Positions 1-8,930 of a DNA stretch of 64,000 bases are shown here, one piece after another (positions within the stretch are counted from its first letter, which is position 1; every line of letters begins with the position of its first letter). The stretch spans positions 18,977 through 82,976 of IMG/VR virus record IMGVR_UViG_3300037189_028117. One strand, given 5' to 3'. This stretch comes from a virus. Lineage: Duplodnaviria > Heunggongvirae > Uroviricota > Caudoviricetes. The translations under genes and the position numbers were made by a program. The notes beneath the pieces were generated by a model. It was not told the origin of the DNA, did no database searches, and saw only the letters and a program-made list of their open reading frames with translations.

Positions 1-819
1 TTTGAACCTATGCTTGCTCATAAATGGTCTGATTTGAAAGATTCATTTTCGTTTCCAGTTTATACTCAACCAAAACTTGATGGTATGAGATGTGTAATTT
101 CTAAAAATGGTATGTTTTCTAGAAATGGAAAACCAATTATTTCTGCCCCTCATATCTTTGAATCTGTCAAAAAACTATTTGAAGAAGAACCTAATCTTGT
201 TTTGGATGGAGAATTATATAATCATCAATTAAAACATAACTTTAATAAGATTATATCTTTGGCAAAAAAATCAAAACCAAAACCTGAAGATTTATCTGAA
301 TCAAAAAATCTTATTCAATATTTCATTTACGACTGTTTCTTAAATGAAAAATTTGAAAAAAGATTCAAAAAAATATCAGAGATTTCAAATACTTATAGTG
401 ATTTCGTTAAACTTACAGAAACACATCTTGTTAATTCCAATTCTGAATTGGACATGTTATATGAAAGATGGATGGAAGAAGGTTACGAAGGACAAATGAT
501 AAGAATAAATTCTAAATATGAAAACAAAAGATCAAAGTTTTTAATAAAAAGAAAAGAATTTATTGATGAAGAATTTGAAATAATTGATATTCTTGATGGC
601 AAAGGAAATAGAGAAGGTTTGGCTACAAAAGTTATCTTTAAAAATAAAGACGGTTCAACTTTTGATACTGGAGTTATAGGTAATGATGAATATACTTCAT
701 CTTTATTAAGTAATAAACTTAAATATATTGGTAAAAAAGCTACAGTTGTTTATCAAAACTTAACTCCTGACGGAGCACCTAGGTTTGGTAAAATGAAAAT
801 AATAAGGGACTATGAGTAA
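1..819 (+). CDS. ATP-dependent DNA ligase (5' partial; ORF open to window start)
   Basis: Adenylation motif I KxDGxR seen as 'TQPKLDGMRC'; length/architecture of phage T4/T7-type ligase; frame open from nt 1. Confidence 0.8.
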   Translation, partial: FEPMLAHKWSDLKDSFSFPVYTQPKLDGMRCVISKNGMFSRNGKPIISAPHIFESVKKLFEEEPNLVLDGELYNHQLKHNFNKIISLAKKSKPKPEDLSESKNLIQYFIYDCFLNEKFEKRFKKISEISNTYSDFVKLTETHLVNSNSELDMLYERWMEEGYEGQMIRINSKYENKRSKFLIKRKEFIDEEFEIIDILDGKGNREGLATKVIFKNKDGSTFDTGVIGNDEYTSSLLSNKLKYIGKKATVVYQNLTPDGAPRFGKMKIIRDYE

Positions 820-1282
820 ATTGGTTTCAAAAGCTGCTTGTGTTTTAATTCAAAACAATCATCTTTATCTTGGAGTTTCAAGAAAAAACAATAAAAATGA
901 TTGGGGTTTGCCTGGTGGTAAATCTGAAGGGGAAGAAACTTTAAAATCTACAGCCGTTAGAGAATTATTTGAAGAAACTGGATTGATAATATCTGAAGAT
1001 AATTTAACCGAAATATTTTCCAGACAAGATGAAGAGTTTAATGTTGTTACATATTGTTTAAATATACCTTTTTCAAATTTAAATCAAGAACCAAAACAAT
1101 GCGAAGATGGATTAGTTAATTGGGTAACACAAGAAGATTTAATAGATGGTACATTTGGAATTTATAACAAATTATTATTTGAAAAAATATATAAACAAAG
1201 ACTTCATAATATGAAATCAAAATTTGGAGAAGATTATGTTAATAAGCAAATCTCAGAATATAGAATCGTCTACGAGGATTAA
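812..1282 (+). CDS. NUDIX hydrolase
   Basis: Nudix box 'GGKSEGEETLKSTAVRELFEETGL' (GX5EX7REUXEEXGU); start overlaps ligase stop. Confidence 0.8.
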   Translation: MSKLVSKAACVLIQNNHLYLGVSRKNNKNDWGLPGGKSEGEETLKSTAVRELFEETGLIISEDNLTEIFSRQDEEFNVVTYCLNIPFSNLNQEPKQCEDGLVNWVTQEDLIDGTFGIYNKLLFEKIYKQRLHNMKSKFGEDYVNKQISEYRIVYED

Positions 1283-1526
1283 AATAATATATGAAGGTTT
1301 ATCTTTCGTTTTTAATTCTGAAGATGAGTTAAGATTATGGGAAACAAAATTAAAATCAAATGATTTCTATATTGTTATAGAGGATGATGTTTGGGTTGAC
1401 TTAGAAGATATTGTAATTGAAAACACAATACCTTATAATGACAAACCTATTTGTCCTTATTGTAAAGTTGGACCTTCTTTGGAAGATGAAATTTGCCCCG
1501 TTTGCGAATCAAAAATAAATATATGA
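1224..1526 (+). CDS. hypothetical small protein with C-terminal zinc ribbon
   Basis: 'CPYCKV...CPVCESK' CxxC-x15-CxxC; start uncertain (overlaps Nudix 3' end). Confidence 0.35.
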   Translation: MEKIMLISKSQNIESSTRIKIIYEGLSFVFNSEDELRLWETKLKSNDFYIVIEDDVWVDLEDIVIENTIPYNDKPICPYCKVGPSLEDEICPVCESKINI

Positions 1527-2332
1527 TAAGTTTACAAGAAAGACAAGAGCATTATGAAGAATCTTATGATTATAAAATCATACCAAATCTTCCTATCGTG
1601 ATAAAATCTTCAATAAGAAATTTTGATGTTGTAACTAAAAATATCAAAAATCCTTATTCAAAAGAATTATATTCAATATTACAAAATTCACTTTTATATA
1701 CTGTAAAAGAAATTGATGGTGCGGTTTTCGCTTATGCTTATAATGGAGAATTTTCCATTGTAATAACAAATGATATTAATTCTAATAAAATATTTTGTAA
1801 AAACAAAATACAAGAAATAAGCTCTACCGTAAGTAGTTTACTTACATCTGCATTTAATAAATATTATTTTGCTTCAGATAACCCACCGGATATAATTGGT
1901 GATGTTATTTTTAAAACAAAATCATTTGCTTTGCCTTCTATAAATGAAACTGTTAATTATTTAATTTTAAAGCAAGGACAATGTAATTATCATAATATTT
2001 CTTATGTTTCATATTTTGAATTAATAAAGCATTTTTCAAAAGACAGAGTTAAAGAAATATTGGAATCAAAATCAACGGATGACAAGATAGATATAATAAA
2101 AGATTATTTAGATTTAGATATTTATGATAAATATGATCAGTTTTTCTTAAATGGATGGTCATGCTATAAGGCTCCACAAATAATCTCTAGTGGAGATCAA
2201 GAAATAACCAAAAAACGTTGGTTGTGTGATCTTGATTTTAATTATTTTGTTGACAATCGAGACGGATTGAGGCATATTCTGATGACCGGACAAGACGTAT
2301 TTGTTCCCGAAAGAGATATTATAAAAAAGTAA
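1493..2332 (+). CDS. Thg1-like (tRNA-His guanylyltransferase fold) protein, probably catalytically altered
   Basis: Colinear resemblance to Thg1 N-terminal half ('IVIKSSIRNF' vs 'VVVRLDGRNF'; 'AVFAYAYNGEFSIV' vs 'VIAYGQSDEYSFV'; 'QGQCNYHNISY' vs 'QADCHINNLYN') but metal-binding Asp positions are Ser/Gly; from memory, not searched. Confidence 0.4.
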   Translation: MPRLRIKNKYMISLQERQEHYEESYDYKIIPNLPIVIKSSIRNFDVVTKNIKNPYSKELYSILQNSLLYTVKEIDGAVFAYAYNGEFSIVITNDINSNKIFCKNKIQEISSTVSSLLTSAFNKYYFASDNPPDIIGDVIFKTKSFALPSINETVNYLILKQGQCNYHNISYVSYFELIKHFSKDRVKEILESKSTDDKIDIIKDYLDLDIYDKYDQFFLNGWSCYKAPQIISSGDQEITKKRWLCDLDFNYFVDNRDGLRHILMTGQDVFVPERDIIKK

Positions 2333-2336
2333 AACT

Positions 2337-2729
2337 ATGAAAAAACACAACTTAGATGTATGTTGGATTCAATATTCAGAAAAAGAATTAGAAGAGAATG
2401 CTAAATTATTCAGCCAAGCAGAGTGGAATTGGATTTCGAGCCGTCAGATTATATCTCAAAGATTTATTGAAAAATATTCAGATAAAATAGATTGGGGTTG
2501 GATTTCTGAACGTCAGAATTTATCTGAAGAATTTATGGAAAAACACCAAAATAAAATTAGTTGGTGTTATATTTCTCGATATCAAAAATTATCAGAAAAG
2601 TTTATAATAAAACATATAGATAAAATTGAGATTGATTGTTTAATTAATAATAGTTATATTTCTAGAAAATTAAAAAAACAAATAAAAAAAGAATATGAAC
2701 AATTAAAGTTATTGAAAGAAATTATATGA
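2337..2729 (+). CDS. 23-aa-repeat family protein (3 repeats)
   Basis: N-cap 'MKKHNLDV..YSEKELEEN', repeats 'ISxRQ.LSE.FIEKYSDKIDW', C-cap '..LKLLKEII'; ATGA overlap with next gene. Confidence 0.7.
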   Translation: MKKHNLDVCWIQYSEKELEENAKLFSQAEWNWISSRQIISQRFIEKYSDKIDWGWISERQNLSEEFMEKHQNKISWCYISRYQKLSEKFIIKHIDKIEIDCLINNSYISRKLKKQIKKEYEQLKLLKEII

Positions 2730-3046
2730 ATGACACTGATATTATTAATAAATATGTAAACTGGACAAGATTATCATGCGATGATTCTTTATCGGAAGAA
2801 TTTATCGAAAAATATCAAGATAAACTTAATTGGATGAACATATCTCAATATCAAAAATTATCAGAAAAATTTATTGAAAAACATTCAGATATAATTGATT
2901 GGGAACTTATTTCTGAATTTCAAGATTTATCCGAAGAATTTATAAAAAAACACTTAGATAAAATTGATATTTATTATTTAATGGACAATAGAAATATTCC
3001 AGAATATATTAAAAAAGAAATTGAAAATTTAAAAGAAATTATATGA
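2726..3046 (+). CDS. 23-aa-repeat family protein (3 repeats, divergent N-cap)
   Basis: 'LSEEFIEKYQDKLNW / LSEKFIEKHSDIIDW / LSEEFIKKHLDKIDI', ends 'NLKEII', ATGA junction. Confidence 0.7.
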   Translation: MNDTDIINKYVNWTRLSCDDSLSEEFIEKYQDKLNWMNISQYQKLSEKFIEKHSDIIDWELISEFQDLSEEFIKKHLDKIDIYYLMDNRNIPEYIKKEIENLKEII

Positions 3047-3352
3047 AAAAACATAATTTATTTTTAATATACAAGAAATACCCTGAAGAAGAATTAGAGG
3101 GAAATATTAACTTGTTTAATGAACAGGATTGGAATTATATTTCTTATTATCAAGATTTATCTGAAGATTTTATAGAGAAGCATTTAGATGAAGTTGATTG
3201 GGATAATATTTCTTTTAACCAAAAGTTATCAGAATCATTTATAAAAAAACATATTAATAAAATTAACTTTACTTTATTAATGAGAAATAAAAAAATTCTT
3301 TAAATTTGAAAGATAAAATTAAAAAAGAAATTGAATTATTGAAAGAAATTAT
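3043..3352 (+). pseudogene. 23-aa-repeat family member interrupted by a frameshift in an A7 run (ORF as called ends 3303; family C-cap '...KIKKEIELLKEII' continues in -1 frame to 3352)
   Basis: N-cap 'MKKHNLFLIYKKYPEEELEGNINLF', 2 repeats, stop after 'MRNKKIL'; downstream frame encodes 'NSLNLKDKIKKEIELLKEII*' with ATGA into next gene. Confidence 0.5.
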
Positions 3353-3790
3353 ATGAATCATAATTTAGATTTAGTAAACAAAACATATTCTGAAAAAACA
3401 TTAGAAAAATACATAGAATACTTTAATGATGAAGATTGGGAAGATATTTCTTATTGTCAAGATTTATCGGAATCATTTATTGAAAAATATTTTGATAAAG
3501 TTGATTGGTATTATATTTCTGGATATCAAATATTATCTGAAAAATTCATAGAAAAACATTTAGATAAACTTGATTGGGAATACATTTATAGCAACCAAAG
3601 GTTATCAGAATCTTTCATAGAAAGAAATTTGTATAAAGTTAATTGGATTGAAATATCTTGCTATCAAAAATTATCCGAAAAATTTGTTAAAAAACACTTA
3701 AATAAATTAGACGTTAAACAACTAATGTATAATGATAAAATTTCTAATAAAATAAAAAAAGAAATCTCAAAATTAATTGAAATCATATAG
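3353..3790 (+). CDS. 23-aa-repeat family protein (4 repeats)
   Basis: 'MNHNLDL..YSEKTLEKYIEYF', four 'xYQxLSExFIEKxxDKxxW' units, ends 'LIEII' (TAG stop). Confidence 0.7.
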   Translation: MNHNLDLVNKTYSEKTLEKYIEYFNDEDWEDISYCQDLSESFIEKYFDKVDWYYISGYQILSEKFIEKHLDKLDWEYIYSNQRLSESFIERNLYKVNWIEISCYQKLSEKFVKKHLNKLDVKQLMYNDKISNKIKKEISKLIEII

Positions 3791-3996
3791 CTCAAACGAT
3801 TATCTTTAAACCAAGAAAAAACTCAAAAAAAGATCATTTAGAAGTTGACTTCCTCGACCAACGTGCTAAAACCAGAGGGTCGAAACGGAGACGGAACAAC
3901 ACCAACCCCGTTCAAAAAAACTTACATCAAACTTAACAACTTAACACTTATTATAATTTATAAACAAAAACACACAACAATAATGGAGAATAATTA

Positions 3997-5310
3997 ATGC
4001 TAACTGACGTACATACAATTAATCAATCTAAGTTTAAGGAACTTCTCAAGGTTCATATTCAATGTGAAGAAAATCTTCTCGTTATCGGTCCTTCTGGCGG
4101 TGGAAAAACCGTAATTGCAAAATCTGTTGCTGACCAACTTGGTTGCGACTTGGTTTATGTAAACCTTGCGGTCATGGAAAGAACTGACTTTCAGGGTTTC
4201 CCAGTATTAGCTGATGATAAGCAATCAGTTGATTATGCAACGCCAACCTTCCTTTGCTTTACGGATACCGCTGCTTCTCAAGAAATTTCAAAGCTTGAAC
4301 GTAACCGTTCTGCCCTTGATGAAAGCAAGGATAAGAAAGCAATTGCAGCTCTTGATGCTAGAATCAAGACTCTTAAGAATCAGGAAGAGGAGCAAAAGCT
4401 TATTAACCTCTACAATTCTGGAATTAGAACTCCAGACTTGGAAGCAAAGGTTAAGGCTGCTCTTGAAGAAAGAAAGAAGTCTCGTCCAATTGTTTTCCTT
4501 TTCGACGAAGTTGATAAGGCTGCAACGGAAACAAACCAGACTCTTCTTGAACTTCTTCAGTTCAAGTCTATCAACGGTCGTCCACTCAATGTAAAGGCTT
4601 GTATTCTTACAGCTAACTTACCAGATGAGCATGCTCATTCTAACCAAATCAGCCATGCAATTTCAAAGCGTTGTTCAACTTATCGTTTAGATATTGAATT
4701 TGATATTTGGCGTGACTGGGCATTTAAGAACGATGTTCACACCCATATTATTCAGTTCTTATCTTCGCATGATAAGCTTCTGTATCAGCCAGCACCAGAT
4801 GGTGACGCAACGGCTTATGCTCTTCCTTCTCCTCGTACATGGGTATCTGCAAGTGATAAACTTAAGACGCTCGATGCAATGAATGTTCCTGATAAGGATA
4901 GTCTTATGACTGCAATTATTGCTGGTAACGTTGGAGAAACAGCAGCGATTAAGTTTGCAAGTTGGTATGAACATTACCGTAAGTGGGACAGCGCAATTGA
5001 AGATCTTGTAGAAAAGGGTAAGGCCCCAGATTTATCAAAGGCTGGAGCACAAGAAGTTCTTATCGTTGCAATTGCAGCTTGTAGCAAGGTTTACACTGAG
5101 CTTAAGCCAAACAATGACGCTCGTATCAAGAAGGTTGTAAAGAATGTTTACAAGTGGCTTGGTACTCAATCAAAGGATGTTCAACACGGAGCTATCCGAA
5201 TTTCATTCGGTGGAGATTTCCATACTGCATACCAATATGGTTTCTCTAAGATTGAGGAATCAATGAATATCTTCAATGATCTAAAGAAGGATTTCGAAAA
5301 GTACAAGTAA
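3997..5310 (+). CDS. MoxR-like AAA+ ATPase
   Basis: Walker A 'VIGPSGGGKTV', Walker B 'IVFLFDEVDKA'; strong RBS; gene pair with downstream VWA protein; locally higher GC than surroundings. Confidence 0.8.
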   Translation: MLTDVHTINQSKFKELLKVHIQCEENLLVIGPSGGGKTVIAKSVADQLGCDLVYVNLAVMERTDFQGFPVLADDKQSVDYATPTFLCFTDTAASQEISKLERNRSALDESKDKKAIAALDARIKTLKNQEEEQKLINLYNSGIRTPDLEAKVKAALEERKKSRPIVFLFDEVDKAATETNQTLLELLQFKSINGRPLNVKACILTANLPDEHAHSNQISHAISKRCSTYRLDIEFDIWRDWAFKNDVHTHIIQFLSSHDKLLYQPAPDGDATAYALPSPRTWVSASDKLKTLDAMNVPDKDSLMTAIIAGNVGETAAIKFASWYEHYRKWDSAIEDLVEKGKAPDLSKAGAQEVLIVAIAACSKVYTELKPNNDARIKKVVKNVYKWLGTQSKDVQHGAIRISFGGDFHTAYQYGFSKIEESMNIFNDLKKDFEKYK

Positions 5311-5326
5311 TTTTCGAAAAAACACA

Positions 5327-5349
5327 GGGGGTAGGTTTTTCCTACCCCC
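5327..5349 (+). other. GC-rich hairpin between MoxR and VWA genes (no U-tract)
   Basis: 'gggggtagg-ttttt-cctaccccc' 9-bp stem; flanked by two copies of palindrome TTTTCGAAAA. Confidence 0.45.
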
Positions 5350-5384
5350 ATTCCCCCAATTCTATATATATTTTAAGAGGTAAA

Positions 5385-6836
5385 ATGGCAAATCTTCTCA
5401 ATGACCCAAAGAACATCGCTTCAGATGATTTCGAAGAACTTAATGAAAAACTAAAAATTGCGCAAATGTTAATTTCGCGCTCACCTGATAAGAAAGGTTT
5501 TCCTTTCGTATATTGTTTTACTGCTCAGAAAGAGCATGTTTTGGAAGAAATTAAAATTCCAATTTTTACAGACGAAAATGGTAATGAAGAATATTTTTAT
5601 ACCGCAGCTACTGACGGTAAGAAATATTATTGGTCACCTCAATTAATTCGTGAAATGACCCCGAGAGCATTAGCTATCATTATGGCTCATGAAACTTACC
5701 ATGTTGTTTTGCAACATTGTATTCCTGCAAGAACCGGAGGAAAATTAAATTCAATCTGGAATATTGCAGTAGATTACGTTGTTAACGGAATGATTGAACA
5801 TGACGTTCGTCAAAGTTGGCCAGGAATGAATACAAATGAAAATTTCCGAGGAAAGGAACATCCTCTTTGGAAAGAAAAGCTTGGAAAGCCTCTTTATTTT
5901 GATGAACTTCTTGACTCCATCAAAGAGCAAACTAAGAAAAAGAAAGCTGAAAGAGCTGCTTCTAAAAATGGAAAAGCTCAGAAGCCACCTAAAGCTCAAA
6001 AGAAAAAGACTCCACCATCAAAAGATGATTTAAGGTTTTATGCCGATTATTCTTTGTATGGTAAATCTGCCGAAGAGATTTATGACCAAATCATCAAGGC
6101 TATGGAAGATCTTACCAATGAAGAAATGCAAGAAGCTCTTGAAGGCATGGGTATATCTATGGACGAACATATGGAACATGGTTTGTCAAAGGGTCAATTG
6201 TTTAAAGAAATCCTCGATGCTGCAAGAAATGCAAAAAAGCTTGCTGGAACCGTACCTGGATCAATTGAAGATCAAATTCTAAAGCTTCAAGAACCAAAAC
6301 TATCTGCTTTTGATATTATCAGAAATGTTATTAGCAAAAGAAGAGATGAAAAAGGTAGAATCAATGATTGGTCAAGATTTAAGAGAAGAGGATTATCTCT
6401 CGGTCTTTATCAACCAAAGAAAAAGGATGATTACATTCGTTGGTGCGCATTCCTAGATACGTCTGGGTCTATGAGTCAAGATGACCTTACATATGCCGTA
6501 AGTCAGCTAAAATGTTTGGATGGTCGTTCGGAAGGGATTGTTATTCCTAATGATGCCCAACCTTACTGGGATAAAGCAACTGACATTAAAAGAGTTGGTG
6601 ACTTACAAAGAACAAAGATTGTTGGTCGTGGCGGAACGGTATTCAAGCAAATCTTTGATGAATTTCCTAAGAAAATGAAAAAGCCAATTGATGTATTAAT
6701 TATTCTAACCGACGGTGGAATTTTTGATATGCCAGAATTAAAGAGACCAAATGTTAAGGTTGTTTGGATTTTAACAAACGATATGAAGGGATTTAACCCA
6801 CCTTTCGGTGAAGTTGCTCCCCTCAGAACATACTAA
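5385..6836 (+). CDS. VWA-domain protein with N-terminal zincin-like (HEXXH) domain, MoxR partner
   Basis: 'MAHETYHVVLQH' HEXXH; MIDAS 'FLDTSGSMS'; classic AAA(MoxR)+VWA operon; RBS 'aagagg'. Confidence 0.75.
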   Translation: MANLLNDPKNIASDDFEELNEKLKIAQMLISRSPDKKGFPFVYCFTAQKEHVLEEIKIPIFTDENGNEEYFYTAATDGKKYYWSPQLIREMTPRALAIIMAHETYHVVLQHCIPARTGGKLNSIWNIAVDYVVNGMIEHDVRQSWPGMNTNENFRGKEHPLWKEKLGKPLYFDELLDSIKEQTKKKKAERAASKNGKAQKPPKAQKKKTPPSKDDLRFYADYSLYGKSAEEIYDQIIKAMEDLTNEEMQEALEGMGISMDEHMEHGLSKGQLFKEILDAARNAKKLAGTVPGSIEDQILKLQEPKLSAFDIIRNVISKRRDEKGRINDWSRFKRRGLSLGLYQPKKKDDYIRWCAFLDTSGSMSQDDLTYAVSQLKCLDGRSEGIVIPNDAQPYWDKATDIKRVGDLQRTKIVGRGGTVFKQIFDEFPKKMKKPIDVLIILTDGGIFDMPELKRPNVKVVWILTNDMKGFNPPFGEVAPLRTY

Positions 6837-6851
6837 AAAGGAAAAATAAAT

Positions 6852-7082
6852 ATGTATGCGATTGATGTGTATTTAAACAGTGGTAAAAAGGTAGAAGCTC
6901 TTCTTTGGAGTTGGAAACCAAAAGAAGGATATTTTGAAGCTTTAGTTGAATCAACTGGAGCAATAAAGAAATATCAATTAAGAGAAGTTAGAGGAGGTAA
7001 ATTCTATTCGGATAGAATCCGTGAAGTATCTACCTCGGAAGATTTCCTTGAAAAAGCAAAAAGAGATGGTTTCGAAGGTTAA
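6852..7082 (+). CDS. hypothetical protein (76 aa)
   Basis: ORF with AT-biased codon use consistent with neighbours; no recognisable motif. Confidence 0.35.
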   Translation: MYAIDVYLNSGKKVEALLWSWKPKEGYFEALVESTGAIKKYQLREVRGGKFYSDRIREVSTSEDFLEKAKRDGFEG

Positions 7083-7305
7083 GCATTTCGAAGAGTTGTG
7101 GGAAGAAGCGGAATCTTTATCCTTTATGGATGAAGATTCCGTTTTCATTTCTATAATTGATGAAATCAATAATTTAAAAAAAAATCCTCAAAATATGGGT
7201 AAAGTTTTGCTATTATTGAGCTTTATATCAAAAAAATATAATATTGATGTTTATGATTTGTTGAAAAAAGAAATTGATCAAATTAAAATTGACAATTGGG
7301 AATGA
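7021..7305 (+). CDS. hypothetical protein (94 aa)
   Basis: ORF abutting repeat-family cluster; overlaps previous ORF, start uncertain. Confidence 0.3.
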   Translation: MKYLPRKISLKKQKEMVSKVKHFEELWEEAESLSFMDEDSVFISIIDEINNLKKNPQNMGKVLLLLSFISKKYNIDVYDLLKKEIDQIKIDNWE

Positions 7306-7692
7306 ATGCTTATGGGGCATAATTTGAAGTTAAAAACACAAAAATATTCTGAAAAAGAATTGGAAAATGATATTAATTTATTTGATGAACAGGATTGGGT
7401 TTATATTTTTAAATATCAAAATCTATCTGAATGGTTTATTGAAAAACACTATGATAAAATTGATTGGAGTGAGATTTCTTGGTCCAAAAAATTATCTGAA
7501 GAATTTATTGAAAAATATTCAGATAAAGTTGATTGGTATTATATTTCTGGATATCAAAAATTATCTGAAAAATTTATAAAAAAACATATAGATAAAATTG
7601 ATATTGATTGGTTAATGGAAAATAACAAAATTTCTGAAAAATTAAAAAATAAAATTAAAAAAGAAATTAATTTATTGAAAGAAATTATATGA
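7306..7692 (+). CDS. 23-aa-repeat family protein (3 repeats)
   Basis: 'KYSEKELENDINLFDEQDW', repeats, 'INLLKEII', ATGA junction. Confidence 0.7.
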   Translation: MLMGHNLKLKTQKYSEKELENDINLFDEQDWVYIFKYQNLSEWFIEKHYDKIDWSEISWSKKLSEEFIEKYSDKVDWYYISGYQKLSEKFIKKHIDKIDIDWLMENNKISEKLKNKIKKEINLLKEII

Positions 7693-8060
7693 AAAGACAT
7701 AATTTAGATTTAGGTAGAATAAAATATTCTGAAAAAGAATTAGAAAAAAATATTAAATTATTTGATTCAATTGATTGGTATAATATTTCTAAAAATCAAA
7801 AATTATCTGAAGAATTTATAGATAAATATTCAAAGATAGTTAGCTGGAGAGATATTTCTTGTTGTCAATATTTATCAGAAGAATTTATGGAAAAACACCA
7901 AAATAAAATTAGTTGGTGTTATATTTCTTGCTGCCAAAAATTATCTGAAAAATTTATAACAAAACATATAGATAAAATTGATTTTGAAGGGTTAATGGAA
8001 AATAAATATATTTCTCATAAAATTAAAGAAGAAATTAAAATATTGAAAGAAATTATATGA
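7689..8060 (+). CDS. 23-aa-repeat family protein (3 repeats)
   Basis: 'MKRHNLDL..KYSEKELEKNIKLF', Cys-containing repeat variants 'CCQYLSEEFMEKHQNKISW', 'KILKEII'. Confidence 0.7.
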   Translation: MKRHNLDLGRIKYSEKELEKNIKLFDSIDWYNISKNQKLSEEFIDKYSKIVSWRDISCCQYLSEEFMEKHQNKISWCYISCCQKLSEKFITKHIDKIDFEGLMENKYISHKIKEEIKILKEII

Positions 8061-8356
8061 AACATAATTTAGATTTAAGTAATACAAAATATTCAGAAGA
8101 AACGTTAGAAAAATATATTAATTCATTTTCTGGATGGGATTGGTATTATATTTCTTACTGTCAAGTTTTATCTGAAAAGTTTATAGAAAAACATTCGGAT
8201 AAATTAAATTGGTATGAAATTTCTTTTTATCAAAAATTATCCGAAGAATTTATGAAAAAACATATTGATAAAATTGATATTGGTTGTTTAACGGAGAACA
8301 AAAATATTTCTGAAAAAATCAAACAAGAAATTCAAACTTTGAAAGAAATAATTTAA
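8057..8356 (+). CDS. 23-aa-repeat family protein (2 repeats)
   Basis: 'MKHNLDLSNTKYSEETLEKYINSF', 'IQTLKEII'. Confidence 0.7.
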   Translation: MKHNLDLSNTKYSEETLEKYINSFSGWDWYYISYCQVLSEKFIEKHSDKLNWYEISFYQKLSEEFMKKHIDKIDIGCLTENKNISEKIKQEIQTLKEII

Positions 8357-8880
8357 GACATAGCTTGTTTTATTAGATACACAGAGGTTTCAAAATCATT
8401 AATTTGGCTCATTAACATATCGTCCAAACCTAATGACATTTCTCCAACAGCTTTAATTCGGTTGTAAACATCCTCCGCCATAATTATTAAATCTTGTTCA
8501 ACATCCAAAGAGTTTTTGAAAAAATTCTCAAAATGATACTTGCATAAGTTATTCATTTCAGGCAATTGATCTTCAATTACCAAAGAATCATTACCATATA
8601 AACCTATTATTTTTTCCGCAACGGAATCAATTTTATCACCAGCTTTTTCATAAATCTTTTGGAACATTTTATGATTCCCATAAAAATTTGGACCTTTACA
8701 TTTCCAATGAGAATGTTGATGAACAATATAAGAAACTCTAAGTAAAGCTAAATATTTATTTAATAAGTCTGGTCCAATAGAATCTTTTTTTTCTATTTTA
8801 GAAGAATCTGATGAATCATTTGCTAATTTAATTCTTCCAGATTTAATATCATCGTATATTTCTATTGGGTTTTTAACCAT
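8353..8880 (-). CDS. dps: Dps-like ferritin (DNA protection during starvation protein)
   Basis: 'LLRVSYIVHQHSHWKCKGPNFYGNHKMFQKIYEKAGDKIDSVAEKIIGLYG' matches Dps ferroxidase-site helix pair (HW.VKG..F...H..F...Y); SD 'gagga' upstream on minus strand; only minus-strand gene. Confidence 0.8.
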   Translation of the reverse strand: MVKNPIEIYDDIKSGRIKLANDSSDSSKIEKKDSIGPDLLNKYLALLRVSYIVHQHSHWKCKGPNFYGNHKMFQKIYEKAGDKIDSVAEKIIGLYGNDSLVIEDQLPEMNNLCKYHFENFFKNSLDVEQDLIIMAEDVYNRIKAVGEMSLGLDDMLMSQINDFETSVYLIKQAMS

Positions 8881-8930
8881 AAATCCTCAAATATAATGCA
8901 ACTTTATGCATTTCACTGAAAGGCAATAAT

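Noticed and set aside
3841-3913. Possible tRNA in the GC-rich intergenic island (contains 'GGTCGAAAC' resembling a T-arm)
   Set aside because: No complementary acceptor stem or D-arm could be formed by eye; treated as a structured non-coding island instead.
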